Of a stretch of 64,000 nt of DNA, positions 1-11,850 are shown one piece after another (position 1 is the first letter of the stretch; each line of letters starts with the position of its first letter). Made by a program: the position numbers and the translations under genes. Under the pieces are notes generated by a model. It ran no database searches. It saw nothing but the letters and a program-made list of their open reading frames with translations, and was not told where the DNA came from. Origin of the DNA: Mobula birostris (taxonomy: Eukaryota); contig NC_092374.1 of assembly GCF_030028105.1 (NCBI RefSeq), positions 37,705,016-37,769,015 on the forward strand, read 5' to 3'.

Positions 1-282
1 CAAATTAAATTGATGAAAGATGGAATGTCTAGTTTTGCTATTTAGGTTTGTAACTGTGCTGATGAAGTTTACCAGCCTATTCAGAGCACAGTTAAGGGTT
101 AATAAAATTTGAGTGCAGAATCATACATGATAAAGATAGTTGATCTCTATTTTGAAAGGACATTGGTGAAATGGGTAGGCTTTTATTGACAATCCAGTAG
201 CTACGTGGTCACCATATTGATTGTCTTGGTTTTCTTTCACCTCAGTCAAAATCCAGAAATGACCTATCTTAATTTAAAAGTA

Positions 283-2974
283 CAGGTGTCCCCCACTTTT
301 CGAACGTTCGCTTTACGAAACCTCACTGTTACGAAAGACCTACATTAGTACCCTGTTTTCACTAACAGAAGGTTTTTTCACTGTTACGAAAAAAGCAATG
401 CGCGAAAAATGGCGGCGTGTGGAAAAAAAAAGCAGCGTGCGCCCCGAGCAGCCAAGCTCCTCCCCCGGAACTGCATTCTAGCCACCATTGCTTAAACACG
501 TGCTTTATCTCGATTTATTTTGTGCATCCATTAGCAAGATGAGTTCTAAGGTATCGGAAAAGCCTAAAAGAGCTCGATAGGGTGTTACACTTAGCGTAAA
601 ACTAGACATAATTAAACGTTTCGATCATGATGAACGAAGCAAGGATATCGTCCACGCGTTGAACTTGCCTGCATCCACCATTCACACTATTTACACGCAG
701 AGAGAAAAAATCTTGAAAGCTGCCGATGTTACTGTTGGTTCTGCTCGTAGCAAAGTGGTCTCTTTTAGTCGGCATCCAGTAATGGATAAAATGGAAAGTC
801 TATTGCTTGAGTGGATTGATGGGTGTGCAAAACGTGGTGTTCCTTTAAGTTATCTTATACTTAAGGAGAAATCAGTCAATCTCTTTAATAAGCTGAAACA
901 GAAAGCACTGGCTGATGGTGATGAAAGTATTGCGAAAGTGGAATTTAAAGGTGGTCACGGGTGGTTTGATCGGTTTCTGAGGCGAGGGCAGCTTCATAGT
1001 TTAATGTTTACCGGAGAGAGTGCTTCAACTGATAACTGAAGCTGCTGAAAGCTTCCCAACAGAACTGAAGAAAATAATTACAGAAGGTGGTTATTCGTAT
1101 AAGCAAGTGTCTAACTGTGATGAAACTGCAATTTATTGGAAAAAATTGCCGAGTAAGACATTTATTTCGAAAGAAGAAAAGCAGGCTAAGGGACACAAGG
1201 CATCGAAGGACAAGTTTACCCCAATGCCTATTATTAACGCCACTAAGCCTCTACTAGTGTACCATTCAGAAAATCCGAGGGCACTTAAAGGCGTTGATAA
1301 GAAAACACTTCCCGTTGTGTTCCATTCACATCCAAGCAGTTGGAACACCCAAGTGCTTTTTTCTGAGTACATGAGCAGATACGTTCGTCCTTTTGTTGAA
1401 AAATACTGTAGAGAAAATAACCTCAATAATAGGTGTCTTGTGATTGTCGATAATTGTGCTGCTCATCTGCCTGCCATTACCGAGTATGGCAATAACACTC
1501 GTGTTGCGTTCTTACCGCCAATTACGACATCGTTGCTGCAGCCGTGTGACCAAGGCCTAATAGCCACAATTAAGGCTTACTATATGCAAAATGTGATGCG
1601 TTTTATTGTAAGTGCTATTGACAGAGAGGGCAACTCCGAAGCATCTTCGCGAGAGGTCTGGAAAGACTACAATATAAAACTGGTAATCGCCAACATTGGA
1701 GATGCTCTCGATAGGCTAACAGTCTTGATGAGAAATGGCGTTTGGAGGAAACTATGTCCCGAAGCAGGGAACGATTTCAAAGGCTTCGATCCACCAACAA
1801 TAAATACGACAATAGTGAGCTTGGCTAAGGAGGCTGGGTTTGTGGAAGTTGACGAAGATGATGTTGAAGAGGTTTTGGCATCCCCTGACCAAGAATTGAC
1901 AGATGAAGAGCTGATGCAATTGCAAGAGGAAAGGATAACAATCGAAACTGAACACAGTAGTGAAAATGAAGTCGTCCAGGGACTGAACGTGAAACAGTTG
2001 CGTGAGATTTTCGCTGCGATTGAGAGCGCTGCAATGATTGCAGAAAAGTATGACTTTAATTTTGAAAGGGCACATAGGTTTAGGGCAGGTTTGCAGGATG
2101 TTTTGAGTGCTTACAAAGAACTCTATGATCTAAAAATGCGCGAGGCTCAGCAATCAAGTATACTGTCGTTTTTCAAGCATTGCACATCAGCCACAGCAGA
2201 CGACAAACCTCGACCTTCGACATCGAGGCAGGCAGACATGGAAGAAGATGACCTGGCTACCCTATTGGAAATAGACTATGATGAGATGACATCCCAGTCT
2301 CCTCTACCTCCCACCACCCCAATTTCCGATGACTCAGCCTAACACACCATCCCGATTCCCGTAAGTGAAACTACACTGTACATACATTATTTCTACTTTA
2401 TATAGGTTGTGTATTTTTGTGTTATTTAGTATGATTTGTTATTTGGTATGATTTGTCAGCCTCACAGCTTAAAGGTTACTGGGGAGAGTGCTTCCGCCGA
2501 CAGCGTCTGCGCCGACAGTGCTTCCGCCGAGAGTGCATGCGTGAGATTTTTGCTGCGCTAGACTGTGCTTCAATGATTGCAAAAAGTATTTCTACTTTAT
2601 ATGGGCTGTGTACTTTTGTGTTATTTAGTATGATTTGGCAGCCTCATAGCTTAAAGGTTACTGGAGAGAGTGCTTCTGCCGAGAGCGCATGCGTGAGATT
2701 TTCGCTACGCTAGACAGTACTTCAATGATTGCAAAAAGTATTTCTACTTTATATAGGCTGTGTATTTATTATATCATTCCTGCTTTTACTATATGTTACT
2801 GTTATTTTAGGTTTTATGTGTTATTTGGCATGATTTGGTAGGTTATTTTTTGGGTCTGGAAATGCTCAAAAATTTTTCCCATATTAATAAATGGTAATTG
2901 CTTCACTTTACGACATTTCGGCTTACGAACAGTTCCACAGGAACGCTCTACCTTCGGATGGCGGGGGAAACCTG
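283..2974 (+). mobile_element. Near full-length Tigger/pogo DNA transposon
   Basis: TA at 281-282 and 2975-2976; imperfect ~24-bp TIRs (CAGGTGTCCCCCACTTTTCGAACG / rc CAGGTTTCCCCCGCCATCCGAAGG); CENP-B-like HTH plus DDE_1 transposase inside. Confidence 0.93.
539..2342 (+). pseudogene. Disrupted Tigger transposase (DD32D)
   Basis: ATG 539, MSSKVSEKPKRAR*GVTLSVKLDIIKRF (TAG 578-580), in frame with ORF 659..1039 (FKGGHGWFDRF); +1 frameshift near 1034 into ORF 1020..2342 with NCDET, VDNCAAH and QPCDQG catalytic motifs, 32 aa between D2 and D3. Confidence 0.9.
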
Positions 2975-3469
2975 TACTTCCATATGAGCTTCTGAAATGT
3001 AAGACTGCAGATTACTGCCACAATCATGGACGGTTTAGAATGGATACATTTGTAGGCAAAATTAAAGACCCGTTTAAAAGTTTATAATTTTTGTGGATCA
3101 GAATAGTTTTCTTTAATTATTAGCATTCAATGTGTTAATAGGTTAACGTCACTATTTTAAGTTGCCTGCATTGTATGGTAGAAACTGGGGCAAGGCGGGG
3201 GTGTCGATAAGAATGTAGGCAGAATAAGCAAAAATGGGATTAATGTACACTCGACAAAGTGATATAGATTTAGTGTAAATGGGTTATGGGGCATGCAGTG
3301 GGCCTCTGAGCTTATGCTGTATTATGAACTTCACATGTGGTTCATATTATATTTTGGCTTAAGATTAATATTATATTTTTGGCAGACATTTCATTGTATT
3401 TCATTGCATCAACGGTAGGTTCTTAACCATGTGGTAGCCAGATGCATTTTTAATTATGAAAGGGTGATG

Positions 3470-4260
3470 CAAGACCACAAGACCAAAGACATAAAAGCAG
3501 AATTAGGCTATTCAGCCCATCGGGTCTGCTCCGCCATTTCATCATTGCTGTTCCCGGATCCCACTCAACCCCATACACCTGCCCTGTCATCATACCTCTT
3601 GATACCCTGACCAATCAGGATCTATCAACTTCCATTTTGAGTGTACCCACTGACTTGGCCTCCACCGCAGTCTGTGGCAGAGAATTCCACCGATTCACCA
3701 CTCCTTCCTTCTGTTCTAAAAGGTCTCCCCTCAATTTTGAGGCTGTGCCCTCTAGTACCCCCACCAGAGGAAATATCCTCTCCATATCCACCTTATCTCG
3801 TCCTTTAATATTTGGTAGGTTTCAATGAGATCCTCTCGCATTCTTCTGAATTCCAGTGAGTACAGGGCCAAAGCTGCCAAATGCTTCTTGTATGTTAGCC
3901 CCTTCATTCCTGAAATCATCCCTCTGAACCTCCTCTGGACTCTCTCCAATGACAACACATCTTTTCAGATAAGGGGCCCAAAGTTGTTGACAGTACTCCA
4001 AGTGCAACCTGACTGTCTTATAAAGCTTCAGCATTATCTCCTTGTTTTTATATTCTATTCCCCTTGAAATAAATGTCAATATTGCATTTGCCTTCTTTGC
4101 CACAAACTCAACCTGTGAATGAACCTTCTGGGAGTCTTGCACGAGTACTCCCGACTCCTCTCGCACTTCTGATGTTGGAATTTTCTCCCCATTTAGAAAA
4201 TAGTCTGCACTATTGTTCCTTTGACGAAAATGCATTTATCATACATTTCCCAACACTATA
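3470..4260 (-). mobile_element. CR1 LINE 3' fragment
   Basis: Minus ORFs with LEYCQQLWAPYL, LERVQRRF, LYSLEFRRMREDLIETY; simple-repeat tail at ~3470-3490. Confidence 0.88.
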
Positions 4261-5573
4261 ATCAATGTATTGCATTTTGCTTGTGGTAATTGTGAAATTA
4301 TTAGTTATCTACTTCCCATTAATGTATTTAAAACAATCTGATGTAATGTATTTGCAGTCCTTGGGTTTGAAATTACTTGGGTAGAAAAGCCTCAATGGAT
4401 TGTCAATATATTCACAAGTTCTATTAGCAATAGCTTCTGATTGTTATAGTACTCTTATCTATCCGTAATGATGTGACTGAATGTTGGAAGCTCTTCACAG
4501 AATTATAAAATTATGTCAAGTTAAAATCTGCATTTTAACATGAAGATATATTATGAAGAACCTCAATGTGTTCTGAAATGGTTGAATTGACTTATTTCCC
4601 TCCAGACTACTTTGCTTGTTTGGTCGAGTTGCTTGTCTTGTCCGCAGTTGCAGAGCGGTTGGGAAACGAGACTTTGTCTTATCCAGGAGGGTAGATGCTT
4701 CTTTGGCTGCGGTGAGGTGGGTGTGCAGTGGCAAAGGTGGGGAGGCATTGCTGCAGAAAGGTGAGATGGCTTGCTTATGAGTTTACTCATGTCTACCTGA
4801 TGGCAGTCTGCATTCCACCTCAGACACTCAATGAGCTATACTCTGCGGTCAACAACCTTGAAGTGAGATAACCAGAGACTATTTTCATCATTGCCGGTGT
4901 CTTCAACTAAGCTAACCTCATAGTGGTAGTACCCACAATACTACCACTATATCTCCTGTCCCACCAGGGGCCAATAATACTTTGGCATGGACTCAATGGG
5001 CCGAGGGGCTGTTTCTGTACTGAGGTGCTCTCTGATTCTGACTCTGCCGGAAAGACCCCAAATCCAGACTTTTTTGATAAATCAGACCACCAGGCTGTGG
5101 TCCTCCTATCTGCTTGCAAGAGAATCTGGACCAGAAAATCTTACAGAACTGGTCTGAGGAAGCAGATGAGATTTTACATGACTGCTTTGAGTCACTGTTC
5201 AAACACTCAGCTGCCAGCTTAGATGAATATATCACTGTCATCACAGACTTAATCAGCAAGTGTGTTAAGTGTGTACCAAAGAGGTATTTCCAAACCGGAA
5301 GCCATGGCTGAACTGGGGGATCCACTGTCTTCTGAAGTCTAAATCTGATGTATTCAAAGCAAGTGAGCCTAACTTTTATGAGAAATCAAGATATGACCTC
5401 CATAAACCTATCTAAGATGCTGAGACAAAGTACCAGTCCAAAGAGTCTCTGTCCAGCTGTCAGCTGTGGCAGGGCTTGCATATTATAATGGGTTACAAAA
5501 GAAAAATGGGCAGCATTGCACATCCCTCCCAATGAGCTTAAAATATTATGCGTAGAATAGAAGGGAATGAGTA

Positions 5574-6039
5574 CAGTATGGCAAAAGTCTTGGTCTTGGC
5601 TCGGGTACCTAAGACTTTTGCAGAGAACTGTATTTGTCAACATGGAACAGAGAAAGTTTGTAGATCTGGTGGGAGCAAAGGGTGTTGAAAATGGTGAGGG
5701 TGGAGTACCATAGGAGGGATGTTGTTCAGGTGGTAGAGGAGGAATGCCAGGAGTAGAGTGGTGCAGGTTTAGACACACTCAACCCTAAGACACCAGGCAA
5801 GGTGACTTGATTCCAAACAATTAGTTTATTGATCATTACAGAATGTCCCTCTGATGCATCCTGCTCCCTGCTCTCTCCCTGCCCTCTTCCCACTCTCAGT
5901 CCACAACAGAAACCCATATCAGAATCGGCATTATCACTCATGTCATGAAATTTGTGTTTTTTTGTGGCAGCAGTACAGTGTAACACATAAAATTACTGGA
6001 GTACTGTGTCAAAGTCTTAGCACCCTAGCTATATAACTG
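5574..6039 (-). mobile_element. Non-autonomous Tc1-type composite element (copy 1)
   Basis: TA-flanked (5572-5573, 6040-6041); CAGTACTGTGCAAAAGTCTTAGGCAC-like units; interior is the reverse complement of 18405-18830. Confidence 0.8.
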
Positions 6040-6517
6040 TATGTCACCACCCATCCTGACAGTTTGCCATATACCCTGAATCTATAGTCACTTGTCATGG
6101 ATGTAGGAACAGTATTCTAGAAGGGGAATCCGTGGAAAACATCGGCCTGGTTGGTGTCCCTGTCTGTGTTCTTGGATCCTGTGTGGTTCAGCAGGCAGGA
6201 GTATTTGCAGATATTTTCAACTGCTCCCTGTTTCAGGTTGCAGATGTCCTGTGATTTAGGAAGACTAGTTTCATCCCGGTACGTTAGAAAAACAAGATAA
6301 CGTGCCTTAATGACTACTGCCTATTCGCTGTAACGTCTACTATCGTGAAATGCTTTGGAGAGACTGGTCATGGCACATATCAGCTCCAGCTTTACAAAAA
6401 ACCTCAACTTACTGCAATTTGCCCACCAGTAAAACTGATCTACACTCATCTCCTCACCCATCACCCATCCACAATCAGCAACTGGAGTATCTGCACGGTA
6501 AAGGCACCTATGTTTAT

Positions 6518-6708
6518 TGTTGTGTTCTTTATATTTATATGTACCGTGGGTTACTAATAAAGAAACATGTTCTGGAAGACATAGAACTTTTATTTACAGC
6601 AACAACCAAACCACGTTTCTTACAGTACCATGTTCTCGATCATTCTTATCATTTCTGCGCATGCTCAGACCTCTCTCCAATCATGTTCTGACACATCATA
6701 TCACCACA
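6518..6708 (-). mobile_element. Solo LTR (191 bp)
   Basis: TG...CA termini, perfect 5-bp TSD TTTAT (6513-6517, 6709-6713), AATAAA on the minus strand near 6590. Confidence 0.8.
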
Positions 6709-8324
6709 TTTATTGATTGAAAGTCTGACTTCCATCCCAGGCAAACATCACCAAACACCAAATGCCTCCTTCTGCAACTGACTAACAGACCGCAATCAGT
6801 AAGGATAGGTAAAACCTCTGTCCCAATTATTCTAAGCACCGATACACCATGAGATTGGCCTCAGCCCTTTACTCCCTGTACACTCATGACTGCATAGCCA
6901 GATTCTGCTTGAATGCCAGCTACAAGTTTGCAGATGATACCACCATAGTAAGCTGCATCTCAAATAATGGTTGGCGTACAAGCAGGAGATAGAGAGCTTA
7001 GTGACATGTCGTAGTCACGAGCTTTCACTAAATCTTAATAAAACAAGAGGATGGCACACATGCTCTTGCCTATATAAACTATGTTGAGGTTGAAAGCTTC
7101 AGATTCCCAGGAGTGAGCATCAATAGCCTGTCCTGTCCAATCACGTTGGTGTCACGGCCAAGAAAGCAAACCAATACCTTTACTACTTTACTGAAGAAAC
7201 TCTGCATGTCCTCATCGACCCTTATTAATTTTTATTGATCCTCCATAGAAAGCATTTTTATATAGATGCATAATGTCTTGGTGTGGCAGCAGCTTTGCAC
7301 ATGACTGCAAGAAACTGCAAAGAGTGCGAACACAGTTTAGCACCTCACAGGAACCAGCTTCCTCTCGATGGATTCTGTCTGTACTTGCTGCCATAGTAAA
7401 GTAGCCAGCATAATTAAAGTCTCTTCCTACCCTGGACATGCTCTCTTCCCCTCTCTCCCATTGGGCATGTAACCACGAAGCTCAAGGTCAGCTTCTGTCC
7501 CACTGTTATCAGATTCTTGAATAAGCCCTTTGTACAATAACATGGACTCTTGGTCTTGCAAATTACCTTATGATCTTGAACTTTATCGTTTATCTGCACT
7601 GAACTTTTTTGGTAGCTTTTATGCTTTATTGTGCATTGTTACTGTTTTACCTTATCCTAGCTCAGTGCACTGTGTAATGCTTTGATTTGTATAAACAGTA
7701 TGCAAAGCAAGCTTTTCACTAGATTTTGGCACATGTGGTAATATTAAACCAAACTATCAGCTGCCTAAACTATTATAAATTTAATGTGTGTAAAATATCT
7801 ACCCGGGAGAGGGGGTGGGGAATGTTACTGTGGATTCTTGGTCTTTAGTCTTGCAGAGGAGGTTGTTGCAGCAGCTGCTCATCAACAAGCATAAGATAGT
7901 GGAAGCTTTTGTCAGTGGATTTATGACCAAAGAGTTGGTTGTTGCACAGAAATAATACTGTTGGCACTTTTGTCTTGAAGTTACCAAATTAGTTGAGATC
8001 TCAATGTTAGAAATGGCACATCGTAATTAAGAGAGGAAAAACTATTTCCCATGTACTATCCTTTTCTGTTTGAACTGGAGGAACAAATACAATATTGATG
8101 CAAATGTAAGTTCTAAAATTTCCATCTCATTTTCTAAAATTCTTCATGAGCTGTCATCTTTCTCTTTCATTGCACTGTCAGATTTCCAAAGCTGATAAAT
8201 TTAAAACATTCTGAACTGATTAACGCAACTATCAGGGTTTATTTCCAGTCACTGACCGTGAGTAACCTTTTGCTATGTCAGGTTTGTATGCAAGTATTGC
8301 ACAGTGCCATCTGCAGGTTATGTT

Positions 8325-8815
8325 GGAAATCAGTTTATTATTGTCACATGTATAACAGAGATAATGAAAATCCTCTGTTTTGCATGCTATACAGACCGAT
8401 CAGTGCATACGTAATGGATGTACAAAAGCAGAAAAAAGAACGTAGAATATAGTGTTGCAGAGAAACTGCAGGGCAAGTAGACAAAGTGCAAGAACTATGG
8501 CAAGATAGGTTGGGCGAGTGAGTTCATCTTTATCATTCAAGAGGTCTATTCAAGAACCTAATAACGGTGGAATAGAAGCTGTCCTGTAGTCTGGTGGTAA
8601 GTGTTCTCCAGCTTTTGTATCTTCTGGCCGAGGAGAGTGTGGGCGGGGGGTGCAGGAAACAAAAGAGAAAGACCAGGGTGGGAGGGGTCAGTGATGTTGG
8701 TTGCTTTACTGCAACATGGTCTGTAGAAGAGGGACAAGTTTTCATGATGGATTGGGCTGTGTTCACAACTCTTAATTTTTTTGCAGGCTTGGTCAGAGCA
8801 GTTGCCATACCATCC
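8325..8815 (-). mobile_element. Rex1/Babar LINE 3' fragment
   Basis: ORF 8533..8808 KKLRVVNTAQSI...RRYKS...TTRLQDSFYSTVIRFLN, typical ORF2 C-terminus; AATAAA tail at ~8335. Confidence 0.8.
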
Positions 8816-9547
8816 AGTTGGGAGGCTTTTTAAATTCCACAAATTTAAAAGAAAATGTTCTTGTACATGTTCTTCAATGATAGAGCAGCTGCTTTGTTAC
8901 TAAAGCTAGCTGATCCTCCTCTCTGAGCCACATTTGCTGCTTGGAATATTTGTATATTTGGTCTCTGCTCCATCAATCTTACAGGTTTAGCAACAAATCA
9001 ACATAGATCTGAAAAATACCCTCCTGCTATCATCAGAATTTAATTTGGTGGTACTTGGGGTGGACCTGCAGACAGCAGTGTATAAAATTATATATAAAGT
9101 TGGAGACAACCAATTGTTTAACCTTCTTCAAATATTTAATAAAGCAGACATTAAAAAGGGTCAGGCAATGTGACCAAGGTCAGGTTAGACTTTTTGAATA
9201 ACGCTGTAGTCTTTTTAATCTCTAATCAATTTGCTGCAGTCTTCAGTGAAACCAGCATGAAATAGGAAAGGCTGTTGTATACTAACATTACATGTTGCAA
9301 TCCTTTGAAGAGGTGGGCTGTTGTCTTTCCCTCCCCCATCCAATATTGGAGAGATTTTTAACCAAATACAGATTTTATCCTATATTTGTGAGCTTGGTTG
9401 ATACAGCTGAATATGCAATTGGATAATTAGGTACCGAACAATTAAATGCATTTTAAGTTTAGTAACACTTCCATGTTTTTTTTAGATCAAATGTCCATAC
9501 AAAATTGTACTGTCAAAGCTAATGAGTATGTTCTTTAATGGTCATAT

Positions 9548-10230
9548 TAAGACCATAAGATATTGGAGCAGAATTGGGCCATTTGACCCATAAGGTCTGC
9601 TCTGCCATGTCATCATGGCTGATCCGACAATTTTCCCCTCAGCCCCTCTCCAGCAGACTTCATCATGATCATCATGACTCCAGTATTTCTACTAGTTTTT
9701 AATGTTTCTTAATTCTACATATGATTTTTTTTTGTTCTATCGCTGAGCAGCAGTGAAGCCATCGATTGGCCTGTCAGAATTCTCTTTTGGGAACTAGTTG
9801 ACTTGATCAGCATTTCTGATCTGGCTATTGTTTAAGATTGCACTTAATAAATAATTTTTTAAAAAACTGCTGCCCTCTCCCCGTATCCCTTCATGCCCTG
9901 ACCAGTCAAGAATCTGTCAACCCCTGCCTTAAATATACATAAGACTTGGCTTCCACAGCTGCCTGTGGCAAAGAATTCCACAGATTTGCCATTCTCTGGC
10001 TAAAAGAATTCCTCTTCATCTCTAGTCTAGAAGGATGCCCCTCTATTCTGATGCAATGTCCTCTGGGTCTAGGAAACAATCTCTCCACATCCACGCTATA
10101 AAGGCCTTTCACCATTTGATAGGTTTCAATGAGGTCACCCTTCATTCTTTTGAATTCTAGTGAATACAGGCCCAGAGCCATCAATTGCTCTTCATATGAC
10201 CAGCCATTCAATCCAGGAATAATTTTGTAC
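9548..10230 (-). mobile_element. CR1 LINE 3' fragment containing a ~210-bp insert
   Basis: ORF 9906..10211 LGLYSLEFKRMKGDLIETY...FSQRMANLWNSLPQ; taagaccataaga tail at 9548. Confidence 0.85.
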
Positions 10231-10339
10231 TAATAAACCTGTATTAATTCAAGTGGTTTATTCTTTTGTTAGGTAATCTATACTGAACTACTTTGTGGAG
10301 TAAACTGATAATAAACTAGCTCCACCTAATATAGTTCCT

Positions 10340-10652
10340 TATGATATAGGAGGCCGTTCAGCTCAAGTCTGTACTGGCCCTCAGACCAATGCCATCCCCC
10401 CCCCCACCTATTTCCTGTAGCCAATTCTTTCAGAGCCCCATTAACAGTCCAGATTTTTTAAAATCACCTGTCTACACTGCGAGCAATTTAATCTACCAAA
10501 CATTATGTCTTTGCAATGTGGGAGAAAGTTGGAGCACCTGAGGGTCCGTATGTGCACCGAGATAATATGCAACTCTGCACAACAGTGATCAGAATTAAAA
10601 CTGGGCTGCTTGACTTGAGATTCTGTATTTGCTGCAGTGCCATTGTGCCGTC
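10340..10652 (-). mobile_element. V-SINE/HE1-like SINE, degenerate
   Basis: Reverse complement of V-domain (gtctttgcaatgtgggagaaagttggagcacctgagg) plus tRNA-like head at ~10600-10650. Confidence 0.65.
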
Positions 10653-11409
10653 CTTTTATACTACCATTGTCATGTATTTTATTTAAAGCCCATAAAATGT
10701 TGGTCAATTACTAAAATATATGGAAAAATTGGCCTGAAGTTGTCAACATTTTCCAAATTGTCATTTTCATGATGAATGAAGGGTTTAAGGGCACAGAGCA
10801 TTCCCTAACCACTCTTTGTAGGTCTCCTATAGAATATTTTTGTATTATTAGGACCATAACGGCAGGGTAGCCATTTAGCCTCATGACTATTGCTTATTTG
10901 CACATTTATTTACTAATTTCACTCCTAAATAGCACAGATCTGAGATTGAGATTATGCCTTTTCAGGATTCCTCAACTCACCAGAGAAATAATTCCTCTAC
11001 CTAAATTTATGCCTTTATATACCTTGTTTAATCTTTGGCCTTCTAAATTCAAGAATTTATTAGTATTCATACATTCCATCACTAATTATTTTCCTTTCAC
11101 AACAGATCTGTCATTAGCATAGTTTCCTAAAGCCTCTGTGTGCTGTTGCAAATGCAGCTTTCCCCATGCAGCGAATGTTTTTCAATCTGTAGGGCTTTTG
11201 AAAATTGGGATTGAAGTATTGAAAATTTCCCCTCTAATTTGCTTTCAACACAACGTCAGAAGAATCATACAAGTATATGTGATGCAGAAGAAAAACATTT
11301 GATTGTTGAGCAACACTCCAAATGTTCAGAAATCAGGAGGTCTGTCAGCATTGACAACTAATTGTTTCCAACCTGATGGCATGAACATTGACTTCTCTAA
11401 CTTCCGTTA

Positions 11410-11850
11410 ATGCCCCACCTCCCCTTCGTACCCCATCCCTCATTTATTCATTATTATTCCCCCCTTCCTCTTTTTTTTTCCTCCCTCTGTCCCTCTCACT
11501 ATAACTCCTTGCCCATCCTCTGGGTTTCCCCTCTCTCCCTTCCTTTCTCCCTAGGCCTCCCGTCCCATGATCCTCTCCTTTCTCCAGCCTCGTATTCCTT
11601 TTGCCAATCAACTTTCCAGCTCTTGGCTCCATCCCTCTCCCTGTCTTCTCCTATCATTTTGGATCTCCTCCTCCCCCTCCCACTTTCAAATCTCTTACTA
11701 GCTCTTCTTTCAGTTAGTTCTGACGAAGGGTCTTGGCCCGAAGCGTCGACTGTACCTCTTCCTATAGACACTGCCTGGCCTGCTGCGTTCACCAGCACCA
11801 GTGTGTTGCTTGAATTTCCAGCATCTGCAGATCTCCTCGTGTTTGCGTAA
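11410..11850 (+). mobile_element. Penelope-like element terminal repeat
   Basis: Pyrimidine-rich tract, then CTGACGAAGGGTCTTGGCCCGAAGCGTCGACTG and ...CTGCCTGGCCTGCTGCGTTCACCAGCA...TTTCCAGCATCTGCAG. Confidence 0.75.
11715..11752 (+). ncRNA. Minimal type I hammerhead ribozyme motif (variant GAAG; likely impaired)
   Basis: stem I TAGTT/GACTG, core CTGACGA 11720-11726, stem II GGGT-CTTG-GCCC, GAAG (canonical GAAA) 11740-11743, CG, UC cleavage site. Confidence 0.6.

Larger units (their letters stand above)
4790..7750 (+). mobile_element. Degenerate Rex1/Babar-type LINE with nested insertions
   Basis: WSEEADEILHDCFES (ORF 5114), CLNDY-type motif at ~6300, YTHDC and KFADD at ~6880-6940, 3' UTR to ~7750; interrupted at 5574-6039 and 6518-6708. 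Confidence 0.75.

Noticed and set aside
1020-2342. Domesticated TIGD/JRK-like host gene (440-aa ORF)
   Set aside because: Flanked by TIRs and a TA TSD, with a nonsense codon and a frameshift separating the DNA-binding domain; a transposon copy
2388-2840. CRISPR-like repeat-spacer array
   Set aside because: Eukaryotic intron; the units are whole tandem duplications without unique spacers
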